Assembly (NCBI GenBank): GCA_044220955.1
Contig: JBGAQA010000082.1
Coordinates: 1-32,282, forward strand
Reading direction: 5' to 3'
From: Sandaracinaceae bacterium
Lineage (GTDB): Bacteria; Myxococcota_A; Polyangia; Polyangiales; Sandaracinaceae
DNA: 32,282 nt
The position numbers and the translations under genes were made by a program. Shown here one piece after another: positions 25,744 through 32,282 of the stretch. Below the pieces are notes generated by a model that saw only the letters and a program-made list of their open reading frames with translations, was not told the DNA's origin and made no database searches. How positions within the stretch are numbered: the first letter of the stretch is position 1; every line of letters starts with the position of its first letter.

Positions 25744-25926
25744 CGGCGCCTCCGCGTGATCGCGAGGGCCGCGAGGGCGAGGGCGAGGGCGAGGGCGGGC
25801 GTGGTCGGACCGGCGCCAGCGGCGGCACAGCTGCACGAGGGCGAGGGCGAGGTCGAGGTCGAGGTCGAGGTCGAGGTCGAGGTCGAGGTCGAGCGCGAGG
25901 GCGAGGGCGAGGGCGAGGGCGAGGGC
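25675..25926 (+). repeat. Three intragenic GAGNNC hexamer runs (25675-25734, 25773-25796, 25837-25926)
   Basis: GAGAGC/GAGGGC/GAGGTC units, read on the minus strand as (Ala-Leu)n, (Ser-Pro)n and (Thr-Ser)n. Confidence 0.92.
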
Positions 25927-26357
25927 GAGCCCGTCGGCAGGCTCGGAAGTTCATCGGGGACGCAGAAGCTCGCCTCGCGGCAGCTCGGATCGCCCGTCAG
26001 CGTCCCGGCCGTGGGCGGCGGCGGCTCCTCGTCGCCGCGGCACGCGGCTGCCGGCTCGCAGCTCCCGACGACCACATCGACCTCGTCGGGCGAGGGCGGC
26101 GGATCGCGGAATTGCCCGAGGCCGCCCGGCGGGATGCTCGCGCGCCGGGTGCACACGCGGTACGCGCGGCAGTGGCCGCCGGTGCTCGCGCAGTCCGCGT
26201 CGCTCGCGCACACGGCCGGCTCGCACCACTGTCCCGAGTGCGACGAGCGCCCGACGGCGCCGGGCGGGCAGGCCGGCGGGCCGTCGATCGCATCGGCGCG
26301 GGCCGCGAGCGGCGAGACCGTGAACAGCAGGACGAGCAGTGTTGCGGCGCGCTTCAT
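25740..26357 (-). CDS. Cys-rich surface protein with MYXO-CTERM sorting signal
   Basis: Signal peptide MKRAATLLVLL...ARA; Cys-rich domain; S/P/T linker; SCSCAAAG + hydrophobic helix + RRRR. Confidence 0.85.
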   Translation of the reverse strand: MKRAATLLVLLFTVSPLAARADAIDGPPACPPGAVGRSSHSGQWCEPAVCASDADCASTGGHCRAYRVCTRRASIPPGGLGQFRDPPPSPDEVDVVVGSCEPAAACRGDEEPPPPTAGTLTGDPSCREASFCVPDELPSLPTGSPSPSPSPSPSRSTSTSTSTSTSTSTSPSPSCSCAAAGAGPTTPALALALALAALAITRRRR

Positions 26358-26418
26358 GGGTGGTCGGACCCGGCCGACGCCTACGGAGCTTGGCCGAGAG
26401 GTCACGCGCGCCATCGGG

Positions 26419-26625
26419 TCAGAGCGGCCGGGTGACGCCGGTGAGCGTGTCGTCGACGAAGAACATCGGCTCGTAGCCGGGGCTCGCTCCCGCACGCAGC
26501 GCGGTGATCGCGGGCGAGGCCAGCCACGCGCGGACCTCGTCCTCCGTCTCGCACTCCACCGTGGGCCCGTCGGCGTCCACGTCGCCGTGCTTCCACCACT
26601 CGCAGCGAGCGCGGTAGCGGGGCAT
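26419..26625 (-). CDS. Small hypothetical protein (68 aa), translationally coupled to coaD
   Basis: ATG overlaps the coaD stop (TGATG); GC3-biased codons. Confidence 0.55.
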   Translation of the reverse strand: MPRYRARCEWWKHGDVDADGPTVECETEDEVRAWLASPAITALRAGASPGYEPMFFVDDTLTGVTRPL

Positions 26626-27104
26626 CAGTGTCCGAGCTTGGCCTTGAGGCGCTTGCTCGCGCTCTCGGGGATGAGGCCGCTGACGTCGCCGCCGAGCTTG
26701 GCGGCCTCCTTCACCAGGTTCGAGCTCACGTAGAAGTACGCGTCGTTCGCCATCAGGAAGACCGTCTCGACGTTGCTGTCGAGGTGGCGGTTCATGTTCG
26801 CCATCTGCAGCTCGTACTCGAAGTCGGCGACGGCGCGCAGGCCGCGCAACACCACGCGCACGTTCTTCTTCTTGCAGTACTCGACGAGCAGGCCCGAGAA
26901 CGAGTCGACCTCCACGTTCTTCTCGCTCGCGAACTCCTCGCGGATGATGTCGAGCCGCTCCTCCACCGTGAAGAGCGAGGTCTTGCGCGGGTTCTCGAGC
27001 ACCGCGACGACGAGCTTGTCGAAGCAGACGAGGCCGCTCTTCACGATGCTCACGTGACCGTGCGTGATCGGGTCGAACGAGCCGGGGTAGATGGCGATCC
27101 TCAT
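26625..27104 (-). CDS. coaD: Pantetheine-phosphate adenylyltransferase
   Basis: MRIAIYPGSFDPITHGH, RGLRAVADFEYELQMANMNR, VSSNLVKE. Confidence 0.97.
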   Translation of the reverse strand: MRIAIYPGSFDPITHGHVSIVKSGLVCFDKLVVAVLENPRKTSLFTVEERLDIIREEFASEKNVEVDSFSGLLVEYCKKKNVRVVLRGLRAVADFEYELQMANMNRHLDSNVETVFLMANDAYFYVSSNLVKEAAKLGGDVSGLIPESASKRLKAKLGH

Positions 27105-27117
27105 CGGGGCCTCGGTG

Positions 27118-27678
27118 CTACGGGGGCGGCGGAGCATAGCGCGCGAGGAGCACGGCCGAGTCGCCATAACGCTTCTCGGTGAGCGTCTCGAAGCGCGGTC
27201 CGAGAACGACGCGCGCCTTGGACGGGTGCTCGACCACCACGAGCGCGCCCGCGACCAGCTCCTGCGCGAGCGCCTCGAGCAGGGCCGGAACGGCCGCCAC
27301 CTCGGCGTAGGGCGGGTCCACGAAGACCCGGTCGAAGGGGCCGGCGAGGGCACGCCCGCCGGCCTCGCCCGTGACGACCTGCGTGCGATCTCCCAGCCCG
27401 AGCGCCGCGAGGCTCTCCGTGATCCTTCGCGCCGCGGCGCGGTCGCGCTCGACGAGCACTGCGCTCGTGGCCCCTCGCGAGAGCGCCTCGATCGCCATCG
27501 CGCCCGTGCCCGCGAAGAGATCGAGCACGCGTGTGCCCTCGAAGCCGCCGCGCGCCTCGACGGCGGAAGCGATGGCCTCGCGCACGCGGTCGCTCGTCGG
27601 CCGGGTGACCTTCTCCACGCGCGCGGCGAAGCGGCGCCCCGAGAGCACGCCGCCGACCACGCGCAGCCGGCCGCTCAA
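27118..27678 (-). CDS. rsmD: 16S rRNA (guanine(966)-N2)-methyltransferase
   Basis: LRVVGG, TRPTSDRVREA, LDLFAGTGAMAIEALSRGA, FVDPPY; conserved rsmD-coaD synteny. Confidence 0.94.
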   Translation of the reverse strand: MSGRLRVVGGVLSGRRFAARVEKVTRPTSDRVREAIASAVEARGGFEGTRVLDLFAGTGAMAIEALSRGATSAVLVERDRAAARRITESLAALGLGDRTQVVTGEAGGRALAGPFDRVFVDPPYAEVAAVPALLEALAQELVAGALVVVEHPSKARVVLGPRFETLTEKRYGDSAVLLARYAPPPP

Positions 27679-27705
27679 GACCCAGCCTTCACACGGTCCG
27701 CGCGC

Positions 27706-28836
27706 TCAGAACCGGACGCGCAGCTGCATCGAGCCGCCGTTCGGGCCGACGCTCGGCACGAGCGACACGGTCGGCTCCTCGTGGCTGCTCGAGCCGTCCA
27801 TGACCAAGAGGACGATCCCCGTGGCGCCGGCCGCGGCGGCGACGCCGATGAAGACGTACTGCAAGATCTCGTACGTGCTGCCCTGGCTGCAGACGTCGCG
27901 GATGTGGGCGCTGGCCGGCCCGGTGCCCAGGCGCGCGATGCTGGAGTCCTGGCACGCGACGTCGCCGGTCAGGCCCATCGCGCCGAGGTCCATGCGGTAC
28001 TGGTTGTACGCCGCGTCGTTGCTGAGCGTGAGCAGCTGCGCCCACGAGACCACGGTGCCGATGATGGCCAGGCCCGCTCCCGCGAGCAGCGCGACGGCGC
28101 CCCAGTTGATCGAGGGACCGCCACCGCCCGACGACGCCGCGATCGCGACGAGCGCTTCGGCGCCCTCGCTGACGCTCACCGTCTGCGCCGGTGCGCTGCC
28201 GACGACGACCTCGTGCGGGCCGGTCGCGACGTCGGAGGCCACGTACGTGCCGCTCGCGTCGGTCGTCCCGACCGCGGCACCGTCGATGCGCACCTCCTGG
28301 CCCCCGGTCGCGCTCACCCGGATCGTCCCGACGCGCGGGATGTTGGCCAGCTCGTCGATGATCGCGGCCGCCGGCTCGCGCAGGTCGTCGATGTCCATCC
28401 GTGAGCTCGGCAGGCTCCGCTCGACGTCCTCCTCGACCTGGCCGCTCGCGACGCTGAAAGAGTGCACGCTCAGAGCGAATTCGTAGTGGTCTCCGGACGT
28501 ACGAGAGATCGTGCCGAAGATCAGCCGCTGCGCCTCCACCGTGGAGGCGATCTGCGCCAGACACGCAGGATCGGGCGCCTCGCAGCCCGCCACCAGCTCC
28601 AGGTTGGCCAGGGCCACGTCGCGCTCGCTCACCGACCAGCCGCGGACGGCCGACGCGGCATGACGCAGCGCCCCGGTGACGTTGCGCGCGTACTCGTCGT
28701 CGCCGTCGACCGAGGTCAGGCCGAGCACCACCACCGTTTCCTGCGCTCGCGCGCGGGCGGCGCTCCCGAGCGAGAGGCCCGCCGCGAGCAGGAGCGCGAA
28801 CAGGGGCGACCACACACGAATCGCAGGAATCGACAT
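27706..28836 (-). CDS. PEGA-domain outer-membrane/surface protein (myxobacterial type)
   Basis: GGAGGAG RBS before ATG 28836; signal peptide; C..PDPAC N-domain; PEGA-like VRIDGAAVGTT...GPHEVVV; C-terminal helices and terminal beta-signal (LRVRF). Confidence 0.8.
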   Translation of the reverse strand: MSIPAIRVWSPLFALLLAAGLSLGSAARARAQETVVVLGLTSVDGDDEYARNVTGALRHAASAVRGWSVSERDVALANLELVAGCEAPDPACLAQIASTVEAQRLIFGTISRTSGDHYEFALSVHSFSVASGQVEEDVERSLPSSRMDIDDLREPAAAIIDELANIPRVGTIRVSATGGQEVRIDGAAVGTTDASGTYVASDVATGPHEVVVGSAPAQTVSVSEGAEALVAIAASSGGGGPSINWGAVALLAGAGLAIIGTVVSWAQLLTLSNDAAYNQYRMDLGAMGLTGDVACQDSSIARLGTGPASAHIRDVCSQGSTYEILQYVFIGVAAAAGATGIVLLVMDGSSSHEEPTVSLVPSVGPNGGSMQLRVRF

Positions 28837-28984
28837 GAGCTCTCCTCCGACCAGGCGCCACCTTACTTCTTTCGCGAAGCCTCCGACAAGCCCGACCGCG
28901 TGGCCAGGGATGCCAACCCGAACGGCTTTTCGCGCGTCTGAGCGATCTGTGGGAACCTCTGCGTGGGTCCAGGCCCCTCTTCTC

Positions 28985-31147
28985 ATGAACGGCGCGATGG
29001 AGAACCTCGGTCCCCGGGTCTGCCCCAAGTGCGGGACGCGCTACGAGGGCGACGCCGCGTTCTGCCAGAAGGACGGAGCGATCCTGCGGCCGGTCGTCGA
29101 GGAGCGCGACCCCCGCATCGGTCAGACGCTGCTCGACCAGTTCCGCATCGAGGAGAAGATCGGCACCGGCGGCATGGGCGCCGTGTACCGGGCGCACCAG
29201 TCGACCATCCACCGCGACGTGGCCATCAAGATCCTGCACCCGGATCTCGCGACGAACGCCGACGCCGTGCGGCGCTTCCAGCGCGAGGCGCGCATCTCGA
29301 CCGCGCTCGACCACAAGAACGTCGTGCGGGTGTTCCTCTTCGGACAGCTGCCGGACGGGAGCCTGTACCTGGTCATGGAGCTGATCCGGGGCAGGCCGCT
29401 CTCGGATCTGCTGCGCGTCGAGCCGCACCTCGCGATCGGCCGCGCGATGCACATCCTCACCCAGGTCTGCGACGGCGTGGGGGAGGCGCACGAGCAGGGC
29501 ATCGTCCACCGCGACGTCAAGCCCGAGAACGTCATGCTCGTCACCAAGGGCCGCGACCCCGACTTCGTGAAGGTGCTCGACTTCGGCATCGCGCGCCTCA
29601 CGCGCGCCGAGGAGCAGACGCAGGCGACGCAGGCGGGTCTGGTGTTCGGGACCGCTCGCTACATCTCGCCCGAGGGCGCCGCCGGCGAGCAGACCGACGC
29701 ACGGAGCGACGTCTACTCGCTCGGGGTGCTCGGCTATCAGCTCCTCTCTGGCGAGACGCCCTTCGACGCCGCGGCGCCCGTCACGCTGCTGATGAAGCAC
29801 ATCCACGAGCCGCCGCCGGCGCTGCGCTCGCGGCCGGGCGGGACGCAGGTCCCGGACGTGGTGGCCGACGTGATCATGCGCGCGCTCTCGAAGAACCCGG
29901 ACGGGCGCTTCACCGACGCCAACGAGCTCGGCGAGGTGCTGCGCGACGCCGCCCAGCGCGCCGGGATCGCCGAGCGGCGCCAGCGCACCGGCCCCTTCGC
30001 CGTCGACCGCGGCGACGCGAGCCAGCGCAGCTCGCTGCCCTCGCCGCGAGAGCCGTCCGTGCCCGTGCGCGTCGATCCTCGTCGGAGCGCCTCGCCGACC
30101 GCGCAGGGCGGCAACACGACCACGGAGGAGCTCTCGGCCGCGGGCCTGCGCACGGCACGCAAGCGCGGGGACGGCGGGATCTCGATGCTCACCGTCGGCC
30201 TCGCGTTCGTGGTGGGCGTCCTCGCGGTGGTCGGCGTGGTGGCCGCGGTGCGCGCCTTCGGCGGGCCGTCCCCCGAGGACCGGCATCGGCAGCTCGTGAC
30301 GCAGGCCGAGGCCGCGCTCTCGGCTCACCGCTGGGATGGCGAGGACGGTGTGCGCGCGACCACCGACCACATCCTCGCCGAGCACCCCGACGATGCCGAC
30401 GCGCTGCGCATCCGACACGACGCGGCGGAGCTGATGGTCGACGAGGGCGATCACGAGCGCGATCGCGGGCACGAGGACACCGCCCGCCAGCGCTACGAGG
30501 CCGCCGGCGCGCTCGACCCCTCGAGCCAGGAGGCGCACGCCCGGCTCGATGCGCTCGATCACCCGACGGCGCACCGCGAGCAAGGGATCGTGGTCTCGCC
30601 GTCGCCGGTCGAGGACCAGCAGGTCGTGGTCACCGCGACCGTCGCCGACGGGCACGCCGTCGCGGAGGCGGATCAGCCGCGCTTCGTGCTGGTGGACTCC
30701 CGGCGCCACACCAGCCAGACGGTCACGGCGCAGCCGACGGGGATCGAGGGGACCTACTCCGCGACCACGACGTTCGCGCGTCCAGGGTCCTACGAGGTTC
30801 AGTTCCACGCGGGCGACTACACGTTCGCGACGAGCGTCGAGGTCGCGCGCGGGGCACGGCCGATCGACCCCGGAGGCGCGGACGCGCCGGTCACGACGCA
30901 GGGCTCCCTCGGCCCGGCGCCCTTCTCGCCCATCCCGTCGATCGTGGACGCGCCGATCATCCACTCGCTGCCGGCGCTGCCCTCGCCCTTCACGACGTCC
31001 TCCTCGACGACGCCCTCGACGACGGCCGAGCCGCCGCCGATCCACCCGCTCTCGCGCCCGCCGACCACCACCGGTACGAGCCCGCCGCCCACCACCACGA
31101 CGAGCACGACGCCCGCGCTCCCGCCGGCCTGGACCAGCTCGCCCTGA
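28985..31147 (+). CDS. Membrane Ser/Thr protein kinase with N-terminal zinc ribbon and extracellular TPR/Ig-like region
   Basis: CPKC...FCQKDG ribbon; IGTGGMGAVY, VAIK, HRDVKPEN, DFG, GTARYISPE; TM helix; P/T-rich tail. Confidence 0.94.
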   Translation: MNGAMENLGPRVCPKCGTRYEGDAAFCQKDGAILRPVVEERDPRIGQTLLDQFRIEEKIGTGGMGAVYRAHQSTIHRDVAIKILHPDLATNADAVRRFQREARISTALDHKNVVRVFLFGQLPDGSLYLVMELIRGRPLSDLLRVEPHLAIGRAMHILTQVCDGVGEAHEQGIVHRDVKPENVMLVTKGRDPDFVKVLDFGIARLTRAEEQTQATQAGLVFGTARYISPEGAAGEQTDARSDVYSLGVLGYQLLSGETPFDAAAPVTLLMKHIHEPPPALRSRPGGTQVPDVVADVIMRALSKNPDGRFTDANELGEVLRDAAQRAGIAERRQRTGPFAVDRGDASQRSSLPSPREPSVPVRVDPRRSASPTAQGGNTTTEELSAAGLRTARKRGDGGISMLTVGLAFVVGVLAVVGVVAAVRAFGGPSPEDRHRQLVTQAEAALSAHRWDGEDGVRATTDHILAEHPDDADALRIRHDAAELMVDEGDHERDRGHEDTARQRYEAAGALDPSSQEAHARLDALDHPTAHREQGIVVSPSPVEDQQVVVTATVADGHAVAEADQPRFVLVDSRRHTSQTVTAQPTGIEGTYSATTTFARPGSYEVQFHAGDYTFATSVEVARGARPIDPGGADAPVTTQGSLGPAPFSPIPSIVDAPIIHSLPALPSPFTTSSSTTPSTTAEPPPIHPLSRPPTTTGTSPPPTTTTSTTPALPPAWTSSP

Positions 31148-31232
31148 GCTCGTCCGGGGGGGTGTCGAGCGGATCACGTCCGGCGGCTCGCTTGCCCTAC
31201 CGCGGCGGCCCGCTTTGCGTCACGTTCCGCCC

Positions 31233-32282
31233 ATGTTCGGCCAGCACATGCGTGTCTTCGGCTTCGCCCGGCAGATCCTCGCGGACGCCCGGAACAAGCC
31301 CGTCCTGCTCGCCCCGCTCGCGATGAACATCGCGCTCGCCGTGCCCGTGAACGCGGTCCTGATCGGGCTCTCGCTCTTCGTCCCGGACAGCCTCGCGATG
31401 GCGCTGATGCCGGTGGGCCTCTCGGCCCTCTACTTCATCGACTACTTCTGCGGCGGCCTGAACACCGCGATGGTCCACGAGCAGCAGACGACCGGCAACG
31501 CGACGCTCGGCTCGGCGCTGAAGCGCACGCTGAGGGCCGGCATCGGCATCCTGGTGTTCGCGGTCGTGAGCGGATTGCTCGACTTCGCGGTGCAGGTGCT
31601 GAGCCAGCGCCGCCTTCACCTCCTCCGGCCCCTGCTCCTGATGGTCCGCAGCTTCTGGAGCACGGCGACCTTCGTGATCATGCCCACCATGGTGATCGAG
31701 GGGCTCGGCTTCGGCGACGCGTTCAAGCGCAGCAAGGAGCTCGCGGCGAACGATCCCACGCAGATCGGCGTGGGCTACATCGGGATCGGCCTCGCGACCT
31801 CGCTCATCAGCCTGCTCGGCTTCCTGCTCGTGTCGTTCGTGGGCGGCCGCATCCTGTTCCCGATCAGCCCCCTGCTCGGCCTCGCCTTCTCGCTGGTGGT
31901 CATCAACGCCACCTGGGCCATCGCGGCCTATCTCAAGAGCACCTACTACACGTGCTTCTACATGTGGACGCGCGAGTGCGAGCGCAACCGAGGCGTGAAC
32001 CCGGCGTTCGCGCCGGCGCCGCTGCGCAACGTGCTCGCGGACGTCGACTTCCGGAGCATGGGCATCCAGCTCGCACCGGCGGCCGCCGCGGCGGCCGTCG
32101 CGGTCGCGGTCGCGGGCGCGCCGGGAGCGGTTGGCTTCGCCGCGCCACCGGTGTCTGGCTTCGGGGCGCCGGCGCCGGTGGTCGGCTTCGCGGCGCCGCC
32201 TCAGCCCGGTGGCTTCACGGCCCCGCAGCCGCAGGCGTTCGCGCCCGCGCCGCAGCCCTACGCACCGGCGCCGCAGGCGTTC
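31233..32282 (+). CDS. DUF6159-like membrane protein (3'-partial, runs off the window)
   Basis: Open frame from ATG 31233 (MFGQHMRVFGFARQIL...WSTATFVIMPTMVIEGLGFGDAFKRS...) with ~6 TM helices and a P/A-rich tail; absent from the ORF track because it has no stop. Confidence 0.8.
   Translation, partial: MFGQHMRVFGFARQILADARNKPVLLAPLAMNIALAVPVNAVLIGLSLFVPDSLAMALMPVGLSALYFIDYFCGGLNTAMVHEQQTTGNATLGSALKRTLRAGIGILVFAVVSGLLDFAVQVLSQRRLHLLRPLLLMVRSFWSTATFVIMPTMVIEGLGFGDAFKRSKELAANDPTQIGVGYIGIGLATSLISLLGFLLVSFVGGRILFPISPLLGLAFSLVVINATWAIAAYLKSTYYTCFYMWTRECERNRGVNPAFAPAPLRNVLADVDFRSMGIQLAPAAAAAAVAVAVAGAPGAVGFAAPPVSGFGAPAPVVGFAAPPQPGGFTAPQPQAFAPAPQPYAPAPQAF

Noticed and set aside
27706..31147. Divergent PEGA protein and Ser/Thr kinase as a novel system
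   Set aside because: Both gene types are very abundant and often adjacent in myxobacteria; nothing distinctive here

Overview
Very GC-rich bacterial DNA that looks myxobacterial (Polyangiales/Sandaracinus-like: MYXO-CTERM protein, Cys-rich lipoproteins, PEGA protein, Ser/Thr kinase). It holds about 37 genes or gene remnants. Housekeeping genes (pssA, rimJ, coaD, rsmD, a paired acyl-CoA dehydrogenase) are interspersed with accessory genes. The most striking feature is a symmetric 1.5 kb cassette at 6583-8086: GAGNNC hexamer array, ~200-nt multi-stem element, four-helix-bundle (Avd/23S-IVS-like) gene, shared hairpin, then a second such gene, element and array facing the other way. The two non-coding elements differ in sequence but share the same nested stems, with compensatory base changes and conserved junction motifs. 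This points to an unannotated structured nucleic acid (RNA or ssDNA) partnered with the four-helix-bundle protein. All GAGNNC arrays in the window lie on the same strand, and some are read as parts of proteins. Other points of interest: a PRMT-like and a DOT1-like methyltransferase head to head, a frameshifted dihaem cytochrome c, an SDR plus atypical QueA pair, and a rearrangement scar (ORF6N gene, Cys-rich remnant, truncated AbiEii toxin with intact antitoxin). All family calls come from motifs recognised by eye; no database search was run.
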